Part shown: positions 50,975 to 64,000 of the stretch, in pieces
Layout of the letters: every line of letters begins with the position of its first letter
How positions within the stretch are numbered: the first letter of the stretch is position 1
From: Basidiobolus meristosporus CBS 931.73
Taxonomy: Eukaryota > Fungi > Basidiobolomycota
NCBI GenBank assembly: GCA_002104905.1
Contig: MCFE01000033.1
Coordinates: 62,001-126,000 of the forward strand
Length of the DNA stretch: 64,000 bases
Direction: 5' to 3'
Translations under genes and position numbers: made by a program
Notes under the pieces: model-generated
Seen by the model: only the letters and a program-made list of their open reading frames with translations
Database searches by the model: none
What the model was told of the DNA's origin: nothing

Positions 50975-52769
50975 ATAACTTCCATTCCTAATCACTTTGG
51001 AAATGAGGTAGGGGCCAGTTCATTTGTTGTCAAACTACCAACTTCATTGTTTGTTGAAGGTTGAATCATAAAGTAAGACTGGGTCTCCTAGTGAGAGTGG
51101 CTTATCAAAGGGTAATTTGTTCTTCAGCCATACATCCTCAAGTTGTTCAGCATCTCTGTTGATATTTAAGTCATGGTGATCAAGTTGCTGTATACAAGTA
51201 GCTAGAAGGTCTTCAGTGTGCATATCAGATTTCCATTCCAATGAGCTCTAAGTGGCTGTGTCTAACTCAAGTGCTAGTATACAGTCATGTCCATAGTGTA
51301 GCTTAAATGGTAATAATCCAGTTGTTCTCTTAGTAGTACTCCAATCTGCCCAGATTGCAAGATGCAACTGCTGTGGCCACAGTGTTGTATTGTTCTTGAA
51401 GGTCTTGACTAGAGAGTTCACATGTGATCCATGGCCTCTCTCTACCATTCCATTGGTATGAAGATGGTAAGCTGCAGTAGAAGCAATGTGTATTTTGTGC
51501 TTTGAGCACAGCTCCTGAGTCATTTGGGATGTCATCTCTTCTCTATCAGCAATAAGTTGTTGGATGCAGCCAAATCTAATTATAATATCTTAAAGTATAA
51601 GTCTCCATATGGTATGGCTCTGGGTTTTTGGCAAGGCTCAAACTTCTGCACATCCACTAAGGTCATCTCTAGCAATAATTAGGTATTTCTTTGATCCAGC
51701 TATTGGCATGTGGACAGGGTCAATAACAACCTTTTGCCACAGACATATTGTGTAAGTAGGATGCAATGGTTCTTTATAACACTTATATGATCACTTCTGG
51801 TAGGCTACATATGACTTGCCAAAGTGTTGGATATCATAGTACATATTTTCTCAGTAGTACCTCCAAGCTGTGGTATTGTAGGTAGCTTCTTGTCCTCTAT
51901 TTCCTCCTGGTTCTCCTTGTAGGACACTTGTCATGATGTTCAGTTGCTCTTTTGCTGTAGTGACTACCCTTCCTGGTTTAAGTCCAGGCACAACACATTT
52001 AAAGAGAAAGTCATCCATGAGATAGTAGTGGTGAGCCTTCTTTCTTAGTTTCTGAACTCATGAGGTTCCATCCAGCTAGGCTTCTTGAGTGTCCTTAGAT
52101 ACTGAATGATCAAGCTCCAGGTGGTTCACTCTTGGGAAAGTGGGGGCCAAGTCCTTAAACAATTGTGGTCCTTTCCTGAATAGTGCATCAGCCACAACAT
52201 TTGTCTTACCAGGGATATGTCTGACCTCAAAGTCAAACATCTTCAGCCATGCCATCTATTGGTTAGTGGCATCATCAGGTGAGTCAGGCTTATACATCAT
52301 TCCTATCAGTGGCCTGGCATCTGTCTCCAGGATGAAATGTGTTATGTAAAGCTGTGACTTCAGTTTCCTTAGCATCAGCTCCCAGCAGTTCTCTCTTAAT
52401 CTGAGTGTACCTTGTTCTCTAGGAGAGAAAAGGCAGCTCTCATACCTGTAGGCAGAGTGATTGCCATCTTGGTCATCTTGGCCCAGTAGTGCTCCAGCTC
52501 CTATTGGGCTTGCATCAACCATCAATATAGGTGGGCATTTAGTGTTCTGGTAGTCAAGAGGTTTCAAGACTGATGGGGATGCTAGGGCCTTCTTTAGTAA
52601 TTGCATTGCATATTCTTGTTCTTCCCATATAAATGGGGTATTTTTTCTTTGTAGCTAGTAAATTAATCAACCCACAAGCTGCCATAAAGCCACGTGCTTG
52701 GGTCTGGTTTGTGGGAGTAGGCCAGTTGCATATCTTTGTGTCTTGCAGTCTGCAGGTGAGGTAATAATT

Positions 52770-53142
52770 GATCTTACTTTAGGTCTAACATTTAAACACA
52801 GTGCTAGATAGTACCAGTGGACCAAGATAGTGCCATGCATTTTTGTGACTTGTTACAAGCCACAGGAGCTAGATTCAGAGTGCCATGGGTATTGAGTACC
52901 AGATGCATATCTTAAATCCTTTTGTGCACTTACACATCATGCACAACATGATCCAAAAATAAGGTCAAAAAATGGATTTTCTCCATCACAATGAGTGAAA
53001 AACAGGGGCTGCTTTGCATGAAGTTGCAAATCTATGTTTCACACTGTGTGGCCAAGCATAAGCTCACTTGGCCTCTCTGGCACACTATGACATCATTTGG
53101 CACTCATGGCTCAATGTGGCACTATCTGAGGGAACAAGTCTA
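52770..53142. mobile_element. Half copy of the foldback MITE (spacer + right arm + TIR)
   Basis: Aligns to ~48398-48775; ends GGAACAAGTCTA; sits between gypsy gag and pol remnants. Confidence 0.82.
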
Positions 53143-53738
53143 AAGTGTCATGGTAAACTCAGTTATAGCTTGTGACTCTAGAAGTAGCTTGGCCATCTCT
53201 TTGTACTGCTGAGTGAACTCTTCAAGTGCTAGCTTAGAAAGGCCAGCTCTTCCAAAGTGTCTCAGATCTTCAATGCCATAGTATAATTGGGGTCTACCAT
53301 ACTTGGCTTGTAGGTAGGTTTTCATTAAAGCTCAGTCAGTGAGAATGTCTCCTTGTCTGAGAAGCTTAGCGGCAGTATCATTGGCGCAGAAGTAGTAGAA
53401 ATGTTGAGGCATTTCTTGCTCAGAGAGGCTGCACATCTTGTAGAGCTTCTCCCACTTGAATATGAAGCATTCCTCATTCTTCCCATCAGACTGTAAGGCT
53501 CCATGTGAGAGTGGTAATAGCATGGAGTTCATTTTTGGCAGGTAGGTTGGTGTTGTAATCTTGATAATATTGGTAGTCTCTTTTCAATAAGTGGATAATG
53601 GCTCAAATCTTCCGGTAAAACTTGTTGGGTCCTAGGGAGCTTGTATGAACCCCCCACTTTGGGTACCATATGTATGGTGGTGTATAGGTCCAAGGGAGAG
53701 ATAGATCAACACTTCTCAAGTGTTATGTGTTCAAGGTG

Positions 53739-54086
53739 TGTGGTAAAAATTTATAATTCCACCTAACTTTTCACCTAGCTTGGTCACTGAGATCATTACA
53801 TTCCAATCCTAAGGAATACTAACCAAATTCCTTGTTGGGATTTACTTAAAATATTTTCACCCAAATACCAGGTACCCAGAACATGAGAATTCTCAAAGTT
53901 GTCCAAACAGCCCCAAACCTTGCAAACATGTTCTTGGGACTTTCCTTAATCTATTCTACATGTTTGTTATTCTAAGACCATGTAAAAGTATAAATACTAC
54001 CTTACATTGAATAAATCATCAGTTGAAACCATGTAATTCACTTGTCCCTCCAAATCACCTCCTGTTTCCCCAAGACTCTTACAACA
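53739..54086 (+). mobile_element. Solo LTR, copia family 1, inside gypsy LTR
   Basis: TGTGGTAAAA...TTACAACA; flanks AGGTG/GGGTA (imperfect, two A/G differences); absent from the homologous gypsy LTR at 56363-57433. Confidence 0.8.
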
Positions 54087-55091
54087 GGGTATCCTGGGTA
54101 CAATAACCTTTGGCAAATACTTGCCAGGAGTACTTGGGTTCTGTCTCTACTCTAATGTGAAGGGAAATAAGACCACAAGCTTGTCAAGGGAAAACTATTG
54201 AGCTACAATCCCAACTTTGTTGGTGTCTTAACAAAAGAATGCACTGGGCTTAGTGTCCTTTGAGATGACAATGCACAAAAGCTTCCAAAGTCAAAACCAC
54301 TGTAAACTCTACCAGCACGGACTTGATAAGAATGAAGCTTTGGTCAATAGTTACAAAGATAGAAAAGTATTTTTGCCTGCACCAGAACAAGCTTGGGAAA
54401 GAATCAAAAATAATAAAAGATACTTTCTCTGAGTACTGCTCACAAGTAGTGTCTCCAAGGTCAATTGGCTGTCAGCATAGTTTCCAAGGAGTGTCCTGTG
54501 GTCAAAAGTTGGAGTTCCAATAGCAGCAGGTAGCAATGATCACATTAATTAACAAGTCAGTATAGTGATGAAAGGGATGATGATTTTTTGTTGAGGGGTT
54601 GCCTCCTTTATATACTTTTCTTGCTGTTAAAGTGATCACTAATCATGGTGTTCTAGAAGGTTCTGGTGATCAACCAGAAATCTTAATGACATCAGAATGA
54701 GCTAACAGTGCTCTAAGTAAGTGCCAGAAGGTTCTAGGAGGCACAGCACACCTAACTAATCAGGGATCAGTACTCTGAAACCTGCGTAATATAGGAATAC
54801 CATATATGGAGTTAAAATGATAGGGATGGTGATGTGGCTTGGTCCTGGGTCATGGGTTCTGCTGCAGGTACCTACTTAATATGAAAGCACTTACATCAAA
54901 TAATATTACATAAAGTGAGGGATAACATATGCCTTAAGGTAAGCAGGTTTGATAGTAAACCAGCTTCTGGGATAGTGCTAATCAAGTAAAATTTATGAGA
55001 TAAAACTGAAATAAGGGTAGTAGATAAATAGGAAAGTAGAAAATAAAGGAATGAGCACATTGTCAGTGGATGTCACTGTGACCCCACTACA

Positions 55092-58000
55092 CCAGTACCA
55101 TGATAGAGTCAATAAAAACCTGGAAGTTTGGCTCTTGCAGATTAAAGAAGCTATTGAGGCTAAGGAAATTGCTCCAGAAATCAAGTTGCACTATGCATAG
55201 TCTGACTCAGCAGATGCAGCATTACTGGGACACCGCAACAAGATCAGGTCAGCCACTATGATGGGATGCTCTTCAATCTCTACCTAGGATGAGCTTGTGT
55301 TGGAAATTCTGGATGCTCTTGAACCCCCACATTGGCAAACACTACTAAGAAGGAAGTTGAAGACACTCAGACAGAAAGGAATGGTTGAAGAGTACATCTA
55401 TGAATATAGATGTCTGCTTGGACACATTGAAGTATTGAACTCCCTTGCTCAAGTTGAAAACTGTATTGAAGGGCCATTGAAATAACTTGCAAGGAAGTGA
55501 TCTATTGTGGGCTGCACAATGTTGAAGAAGCCATCAAGATTGCCTTTGATTAAAACTCAGCTATGTCTATAGTTGGGAAGCCTACATTGAATAATCAGAG
55601 AGGCCATAATAACTATGTGAGAAGTCAATCAGAGGAAGTGCCAATGGCAACAGAGACTATGCAAAAGAATCCCACCTCAGAAGAATGCAAGAAGAAAGGA
55701 GTTTGCTTTAATTGCCACCAGCAAGGACATATTGCAAAGTACTGCCCTCAGAGAAGAAATATACACCAGTCAACAAGAATCTTCAGCAATACTGAAGCCT
55801 TGAAGCGTAGTAACATGGAGGACAAGCTCAAAGAAGACTTGGAACCCAACTACCACGTGACAAAAAAATTCCTATCCAAATGACCTTAGACTCAGGAAAG
55901 CTAATATACTTGGATAGGGTAATTGATAGAGGACCTGCCAAGATTATGGTTGACTCAGGAGTATCTCATGAGTACATGTCAAGGCAATATGCCTTGAAAG
56001 CTGGAATCAACTTTAGTCTCAAAAACTGATGGGAACTCTCATATAATCAGCACTATTACTTAGCCAGTAAGAATGAAGAATAATAAGACTGGATTTAACT
56101 TTGTCAATTCCAGTGATTGTAACAAGTGAACTTAGCAAGACACATTCCTGTAGAGCATTTCAAAAAGGTACCCAAATGTTCCTCATGGCAGTATTACAGG
56201 AGGATTACCCTACTCCAGCACCCCAGAAGGCACAGACTCTTCTGAAAGAATATATAGACATGTTTCCAGATAATCTTGTAATCCTACCATCAGCAAGAGG
56301 CATGGATCATACCATTGACACAGGAGATAACCCTCCTGCAAGTGAGACAACTTACAGAACGGTGTAGTGGGGTGACAGTGACACCCACTGACAGATGTGC
56401 TCATTCCCTTATTTTCTACTTCCCTATATCTCTACTACACTTATTTTAGTTTTATCCCATTTGTCTTACCCAATCAGTACTATCCCATAAGCCGGTTGCC
56501 TATCACACCTGCTTACCTTATTGCATAAGTTACCCCTCACTTTATGTAAGATTACTAGCTACAAGTGCTTCTATATTAGGCAAGTACCCGCGCCAGTACC
56601 CGTGACACATGATCAATCCGTGTCACCATCCCTACCATTTCCATACCATATATGGTATCCCCATGTTACACAGGTTTCAGAATACTGATTCCTGATTGGT
56701 TGGATGTGCTGTGCCTCTTAGAACCTTCCGGCACCTACTTAGAACATTCTTAGGTCATTCTGATGTCATTAAGATTTCTATTGATCTCCGGAACCTTCTG
56801 GAACACCATGATTAGTAATCACTTAGCCGGTAAGAAAAGTATATAAGGGAGGCTATCCCTCAACAATAAATCATCATCCCTTTTATCAATATACCAACTT
56901 GTTGATTAGTGTGATCACTGCTACCTGCTGCTACCTGAACTTCCAACCCTAGACCACAGGACACTCCCAGGAAACCGCGCTGACAGCCAACTGACCTTGG
57001 AGGCACTACTTGTGAGGAATACTCAGAGTAGGTATCTTTTATTATATTTGATTCTTTCCCAAGTTTGTTCTTGTACAGGCAAAGATACTTTTCTGTCTTT
57101 GTAACTATTGACCAAAGCTGCATTCTTATCAAGTCCCTGCTGGTGGAGTTTACAGTTGTTTTGACTTTGGAAGCTTTAGTACATTGTCATCTCAAAGGAC
57201 ACTGAGCCCAGCACATACTTTTGTTAAGACGCCAACTAACTTGGGGATTGTAGCTCAATAGTTTTCCCTTGACAAGCTTGTGGCTTTATTCCCCTTCACA
57301 TTAGATTAGAGACAGAACCCAAGTATTCCTAGCAAGCTTTTGCCAGAGGTTATTGCACCCAGTGAACACCCCACACACAAAACACTTGAGAAGTGTTGGA
57401 CGTATCTCTCCCTTGGACTTATACACCACCACAATGGGTCCATTGAAGTTGTAAGAGATGAAAAGACAAACACAGTGGTTATTGGAGCAAGGATATATCA
57501 GATGCAGCAAGTTAACTTGGGGAGCACTAGTGCCATTTGTGTAAAAGAGCGATGGAACACTTAGGATGTGCATTGACTACAGGGCCCTCAACTCAGCTAC
57601 CTTGAAAAATAAGTACCCCATACCTTGGATTGAGGAGCTTTTGTATCAACTCCACAGAGCAACTATACTCAGCAAAATTGACCTCATGTCAGGATACAAC
57701 CAGATCAGGTTGAAACTAGAAGACATTCTCAAGACAGCATTGCACACCAGATATAGACACTACCAGTACTTAGTCATGGATTTGGCCTTACCAATAGCCC
57801 TAGATCATTCTTGACCTTTATACAAATAGTCTTCCAGGTGTGCTTAGATATGTCTGCGGTAATCTACCTAGAAAACATACAGATATACAGCAAGACAGAA
57901 GTAGAAAACCTGATGCACATTGTAAAGGTCTTGAAGGGACTTAGAGGGAACAAGCTGCATGACAAGCTAGTAATGTGTCAGTTCATGCACAAGCATGTTG

Positions 58001-59793
58001 AATACCTGGTACACACAGTGACTAGTACAGGAGCTACCTTAGACTCCAAGATGGTGAAGTTATCAAGAATCTGAAGCAGCCCCATGGCATATCAGAACTC
58101 AGCTCATTCCTTGGAATGGTTTCCTGTAATCAGAAATTTGTCAAGTCCTTTGCAAAAATTGCAGCCCTATTAACTGATTTTCTTAACAAAAAGAATACCT
58201 TGAATTGGGACGTAGCCTGTGACACTGCCTTTCAGATGCTCAAGAAGGAAGTTGCTAAGCTGCCAAGCTTAAGAATTCTATACTTCAGAGAAGAGTTTAC
58301 ACTGTGCACAGATGCTTCACATTATGCAATTGGAGGGGTACTGAGCCAAGGACATGATGGAAAGAACTACTCAATTGCTGTTGAGTCTAAGAAGTTGAAT
58401 GCAGCAGAACAAAGCTATCCAGTGCATGAGAAGAAGATGCTTGCCATAATACACTGCATGAAGACCTGAAGATGTTACACTGAAGGAGTCAAGAGCAATG
58501 TGAGGACTGATCATGCCTCACTCAACTATGTATTTACTCAGAAGGTACTATCCAGAAGAATGACAAGATAGAGTGAATACATTCAGCAATTTGACTTGGA
58601 GATTGTCTACTGCCCTGGGAAAACAACACAGTTGCTGATGCCTTATCCAGACTAGAGCAAGTTGCATAACTCAACTTTGTGCATGAATCAGATAGGCCTA
58701 GCTTATTACTAGAGTAATTGGGAAACCATGCCATTCCTGATGAGGTGGATGAAGGGATCAGAAAGATGATCCAGGATGAAGCCTGCAAAGTTGTAGTACC
58801 TGATGAAACACCTTACAAGACTGTTGATGGAAGTCCTATTGCCTATTGCACTTATGTTGCTTGCCTGGATTTAATACATATGCTACATAATGGATATGGG
58901 ATGAGTATCAAGATCAAGCACTTTTGCCTGCTGAGTTAGAGTGCACAACACCACTGAATAATTGCTATACTACCTAGTATATGGATGTAAACCAAAGATT
59001 CCAGGAGATCTCATACAACTAAAGCTTACAGAGGCCTTGGAAGATGAACTCAGTTGGCCAAGTAGACAACAGCAGCCAGAACAAAGACCACAGGAGGCAC
59101 ATGAAAAAGTATCTCAAAGTGCAGAAAAGATGAAGCAGTGATTTGATAAGACAATATCACAACAGGCATTGACAGTTGGGGACTCTGTATTGCTGAGAAT
59201 CAGCACTTGGAACAAGTTTGAAACAAAATGGACGGGACCTTTCAAGATCATCAGAGAATGTCCATTTAGAACCTACCAAATAGTGGATAGATAATATGCA
59301 GGAATATTTAGATCATAGAGGCAGACTCAAGCCTGCCAGACTTGCCAACAATACTGAGGCATCAAAATATTGTATTTAGAAGAAAGAGATTCAGGAAAGC
59401 CTTCTCAACTATAGTAGAGAAGAATGCTATGAACTGCTGCTTGAATGTTTAAATTAGATCTGTTTTTGGCCAAATCAATTAGTCTTAGGTTTAGCCTATC
59501 AATATTGGAGTGTTATCTGTCAGATTAGTAGTGAAAGTCAGCAGAAGTATAAGCCAATCAATATCACAGAGAAACAGATATATTAAGTAATATCTAATTG
59601 GGTGTTGATTATGCATTCAAATGAGTCATCTGCCATAATGTACATCAAGAAATACAATTAGTCAGAAATTGCTCTGGCAAAATGTACACAAGGAGCTGCT
59701 GGAACCTCAATAAAATTCAGTTCATGTTTCAGTAAATACAATATTAGCTAAACTCCCTGTTCCTGCACAACCAATATATCAAGACTTTGGACA
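55092..59793 (+). mobile_element. Degenerate Ty3/gypsy element (family 2), 5' end missing
   Basis: gag with CFNCHQQGHIAKYC, protease MVDSG, RT YRM...LRMCIDYRALN...SKIDLMSGYNQ, RNase H LCTDASHYAIGGVL, integrase tail WTGPFKII, purine tract then 3' LTR 59425-59793. Confidence 0.82.
56363..57433 (+). mobile_element. Solo LTR, gypsy family 1 (~1.07 kb), inside family-2 RT
   Basis: TGTAGTGGGG...CCACCACA; flanks ACGG/ATGG (4-bp TSD, one transition); removal restores TYRMGPL... RT N-terminus. Confidence 0.85.
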
Positions 59794-59799
59794 TCTGTT

Positions 59800-60270
59800 T
59801 GTTCCCCCCAGTCATTTCTAATATCTCCAAGACTCTTACAACTGCTTCTCAGCCCCAAGCTGTCACTCTCAGCAGTACCTACTACTGCTATTATTGAAAT
59901 GTTTCCCTTTGCTGAAAGGCAGGATGGATATAACTCCTGAGTCTGAAAGTCAAACATGAAGATCTTGCTAAAAAAAGTGATCCTTGGATGTTGGTATAGA
60001 AGAAGAATGCCCTCCTAAGAGTGCAGGAGACAAAGCCTCAAATCATTCAAAGCATGTACAAAGTGTCTTTAATTGCAATTTTTGGAAACAAATTTCTAAT
60101 GCACTGCTGAAGAGCTAAAGTAGCTTAGAATACCTTTAAATTACTAGAAGACACCTATCTCTCATGTTCAGCTGCTAAAAAATGTTTTTTAGCCAAAATT
60201 TCTTAACCACAAAGATGCTGCTAGAATGAGTGATGATAAATCTTATTTACAGTATTACCCTATTGGTTAA
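59800..60270 (+). mobile_element. Degenerate copia family-1 fragment (LTR end + gag start)
   Basis: CTCCAAGACTCTTACAA then GCCCCAAGCTGTCACTCTC, matching the reverse complement of ~31230-31290, followed by decayed gag. Confidence 0.65.
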
Positions 60271-60671
60271 TGGGATGGATTTTGTAAGTGTACTATATTC
60301 TGCTGCTTGAATGCTTAAGTTGTATCAGTTTTGCACCAAATAAGTTAGTTTTAAGTTTGGCCTATCAGTATATCTGCATTATCTACTAAATCAAGAGTAC
60401 TACTAAGCGGATCAATTGGCTGATCCTGGTCAAGCAGAAATAGATATATTAAATAAGAGCCAATTGGATGATGATGTTGCAATTAAATGAGTCATCATCT
60501 ACAGCCTATATTAAGAAATACTAGTAGTCAGCCCCTGATCTGTCAAAAGGCACATATGGAGCAGCTAAAGCCTCAGTGTTGATCAGTGCAAGCATTAGTG
60601 TATGTTATGATCTACCGCTTGAATGCTTAAGTTAGATCAGTTTTTAGTCAAATTAATTAGTTCTATGATTA

Positions 60672-61537
60672 GCTTTACTTTATGTAAAATTACTAGATGT
60701 AGGTGCTCCTATAGTAGGCAAGTAATTGCCAGGACCTGTGACACATGATTAAACCATGTCACAATCCCTACCATTTTCATTCCATATATGGTGTCCCTAT
60801 GTTACACCAGTCTCATGTTACTGATCCCTGACTGGGTAGAAGTGATGTGCCTCTTTGAACCTTCCAGCATCTACTTAGAACATCCTTTGCTCATTCTGAG
60901 GTCATTAAGATTTCTATTGACCTCCAGAACCTTCTAGAACACCGTGAGCATTAATCACTTAGCCAATGAGAAAAGTTTATAAGTGTTGCAATTCCTTAAC
61001 AACAAATCTTCATCTTGTTTTTCAATATGCCAACCTGTTGATTGGCATAATCAATGCTACCTGCTGCCACCTGAGCTCAAAACTTTGACCACAGGACACT
61101 CCCAGGAAACTGCACTAACAGCCAACTGACCTTGGAGGCACTACTTATGAGAAATCCTTAGAGCAGGTATCTTTTATTATATTTGATTCTTTCCCAAGTT
61201 TCTTCTTGTACAGGCAAAGATACTTCTCTGTCTTTGTAACTATTGACCATAGCTGCATTCTTATCAAGTCCCAGCTGGAGGAGCTTACAGTTGTTTTGAG
61301 TTTTCAAGCTTTAGTACACTGTCATCTCAAAGCACACTGAGCCCAGCACATACTTTGGTTAAGATGCAAACTAAGTTGGGGATTGTGGCTCAATATTTTT
61401 CTGTTGACAAGCTTATGGTTTTATTTGCCCTCACATTAGAGTAAATAGAGAGGTTATTGTACCCAGTGAGCACACCACACACCAAGCATATGAAAAGTGA
61501 TAAAAGTATCTCTCTCCTGGACATATACACCACTACA
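60672..61537 (+). mobile_element. 5'-truncated gypsy family-1 LTR
   Basis: Aligns to ~56535-57433; ends ATACACCACTACA. Preceded by gypsy family-2 LTR fragments (~60285-60670). Confidence 0.75.
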
Positions 61538-61544
61538 ATGCAAT

Positions 61545-63045
61545 TTGGCTTGCTCCAATCAACTCATGTCTAAATGATAAGTTTGGCAAGTTCTGGTAGT
61601 TTTGCTCTGAAGTGCTTGCATTGATCTGATGCATATCAACTTGATCAGGGGTGCTCTTGTGTAGGGTGTTGGCATAGTTTGAACTAAAGTGCACTGGTGC
61701 GCTGAGAATGCAGGAGATGGCAAGGAGTCATGCAAGGCATACTGGTGCAATCTGGGCCCAGCTGTTTGCACTCTGTACTCTTCCTCTTCAGGCTTGCCCC
61801 TGATTTCTTAAGGTATTCACTCTACACTCTGTCTAGTTGCTTGGAAATGCTGCCTTGATGAGTCCTGTATATATTGCTCTTGGAAGCCACCTAGCTTGAT
61901 TAGTATATCATGTAATACATTAGTCATCTCAGGCAAAATCTCAATTAATAGTACATTAGTCATTTGAGGTAACAGCCCATTCAAAATATTCTTGGTTACC
62001 AAAGTTGAGGCACAAATGTAGATGTCCAGCCTGTATTGTGCAAATTGCATGTGGAATTGTGTGCATGCAGCTTCCTTATCCAATCCCCTCACTCACGGCT
62101 CATTCTTGATTTCAATACTTGTCTGGTAGTATATCTTCTTACATACATCTGCTGGCATCTTGATGTAGAGCTCTTGCCACAGATCACTACTGGTATTCTT
62201 CCATATCTGTTGACTCTCTGAGGCATTCAGTTCTGCTAGATTAATGATTAATGCACAGATATCTGTATTCAGGCTCATCATAGACACCTGGGCCATACTA
62301 AAATATTTGGCAAGAACTCAGATGGATTCAACATTGACATTTCTGGTCAGGACTGTGCTTATGAGCTGGGGGACTGGTTTTGTCTGGGTTTGAATAATTA
62401 TACAGTAGTATATTAGCATCAACCTGGTCTTATCTGCAATATATGTGAGGACTAATGTGATTGTTGAGTTTTCCATACTTTGTATGATGCCTCTTGAATT
62501 GTATTGACATGGATCAGATCACATCAATTGAGGATTTCTTATATTACTATAGACATATGATTAAAGCATCAATAAAATCACCAAGTTATTATTTGAGGAT
62601 AACTTTTGCAACATAATGATAGGATATATGGCAATTGATGGATATTCAATCATATTGCATAGAAAATCAGGTAAATTAAGCTGATTGCACCAAATCAATT
62701 CATGTTACCTGTACTTGATCTCATACCAATTTTGATATGGCTTACTCATCTGAATGGTCTTTTCTCATTAATCCCATCACTACCACTGGATTTCCATTTA
62801 ACACATTAAAGAAGATCTATACCAATTACTGTGGACTATCTGCCCCAATCTACTCAAGGAGATCTCTTGTTAAGTGTCTCTGCTATTACATGCACTATTG
62901 CCCTACAAGGTCAAACCCCACTATCTATGGTAACAAAAGTCCTAAAAGTGTTCATTCCCAGCTGGCAGCAATGGGGAAACACCATGCAGAGGGTATGAAT
63001 GACCCAGAGTAAGCTTGGAATACTAGATTGTGATTCACAAATTGT
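61545..63045 (+). mobile_element. ISL2EU-like element, internal fragment (ORF2 on minus, transposase 5' part on plus)
   Basis: Colinear with the inverted 47600-49800 region without the MITE; ORF fragments 61559-61771, 61817-62092, 62093-62296 and 62737-63012. Confidence 0.75.
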
Positions 63046-63089
63046 GCTCAAGGTATTAGATATACACTGATTTTACTACAGCTTACCAC

Positions 63090-63480
63090 CCTCAATCCAA
63101 TGGAATGGTTGAAAAGGGACTTAGTCCACCAGTCAACTCTCTAGTCAAGAATTTGGAATATCACACTTTACAATGGCCACAACCACTATATCTTGCCCTT
63201 TGGGCAGGTAGAATTACTACTAAGAAAACAACTATACCATTGCCACTAATGCTACTCCATAGAATAGACTGTAAACAACCAGTTGAGTTGGATGTTGTCA
63301 TGTGGGACTCATTAGAATAGAAATCTAATATGCACACTGAAGACCTCCTAGCCACATGTATACAGCCGCTTGAACACCATGATTTAAATATCAACAGAGT
63401 TGCTGAATAACTTAAGGAAACTTCTCTGATGAGTAAAGTGCCCTTTGATATGTCACACTCAACAAGACCAAAGCAATATT
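63090..63480 (+). mobile_element. Gypsy family-1 integrase fragment
   Basis: NGMVEKG...QWPQPLYLALWAGRITTKKTT...CKQPVELD, homologous to 51044-51480. Confidence 0.7.
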
Positions 63481-63509
63481 GACTAAGAGACCCATTGAAC
63501 CTCATGACC

Positions 63510-63753
63510 TACATGGCCTTGGCATAACAAACATGTAAAACAGATTTAGAAAGGTCCCAAGAACATGTGTTTAAATTTTGGGGCTGTCTGGACAACTTTG
63601 TGAACTTTTGTGTTTTAGATACATGATGTCTTTGTGAGATTATTTTTGAGTAGATCCCAACTAGGAAATTGGTCAGTATTCTCTAGAACATGTAAATAAT
63701 GATATAAGTGACTAAGTTATGTCAGTATGTAGGTGGAATTACAAATTTTTACA
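63510..63753 (-). mobile_element. Partial degenerate copia family-1 LTR
   Basis: GGTCCCAAGAACATGTGT...GTGGAATTACAAATTTTTACAA aligns to the 31266-31612 LTR. Confidence 0.75.
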
Positions 63754-64000
63754 ATTAGATTTCATGAAAACTTGGTTAAGGTTTTTCATCACAGCAAATA
63801 AGTGGCTTTTTGTTGGTTCCCTTCTGGTTCTCTCACTTTTTGATCCCAGGCACTCCATTGCCTTCTATGTTTCTGTATATAGATTGATAACTGCCTCTTT
63901 TTGCACTCCACACTTCCTAACTCCAACAGTGAACTTACTTTAATGCATACAAATTGGCTTATTTCTGTTCAGTTGTCAGGTGTAGCTTGATTTCCAGCTG

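Larger units (their letters stand above)
46991..55091 (-). mobile_element. Degenerate Ty3/gypsy element (family 1), multiply interrupted
   Basis: 5' LTR 53671-55091 (contains a copia solo LTR), PBS TGGTACCCAAAGTGGGG resembling the complement of a tRNA-Leu 3' end, gag 53140-53530, RNase H (LMVDASPIGAGALL, ILETDARPL), integrase (TNGMVERGH, GLLPFKLHYG). No 3' LTR seen. Confidence 0.8.

Overview
Eukaryotic DNA from an intron-rich fungus (short ~60-80 bp GT-AG introns). The gene set and style suggest an early-diverging lineage (Zoopagomycota/Mucoromycota-like); this is inference. The window has two sharply separated halves. (1) 1-~25.4 kb is gene-dense and CpG-normal. It holds the 3' end of an ARF GTPase, SPB4 RNA helicase flanked by two inverted near-identical copies of a probable snR30/U17 H/ACA snoRNA, an MRL1/M6P-receptor-like gene, a small hydrophilic ORF, DBF2/Sid2 kinase, an intronless 7TM GPCR-like gene, a serpin, a Cid13/CutA-like nucleotidyltransferase, TFG1, a tandem-PH protein, a secreted CBM19-like + KR-repeat acidic polyprotein, and a uridine phosphorylase. 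(2) ~25.4-64 kb contains no recognisable host gene, is AT-richer and strongly CpG-depleted, and is a nest of transposons. It includes a near-intact Ty1/copia element inserted into the LTR of its own family, a second degenerate copia with 127-bp LTRs, two inverted CACTA copies, an ISL2EU/Harbinger-like element with AT target duplication and a long unknown second ORF, a related foldback MITE, two degenerate Ty3/gypsy families and several solo LTRs. Best candidates for new biology are the chitin-binding Kex2-repeat polyprotein, the duplicated snR30-like genes with variant rRNA-pairing motifs, and the ISL2EU-like element/foldback MITE pair. All alignments and counts were made by eye; exon boundaries and degenerate-element limits are approximate unless a TSD is quoted.
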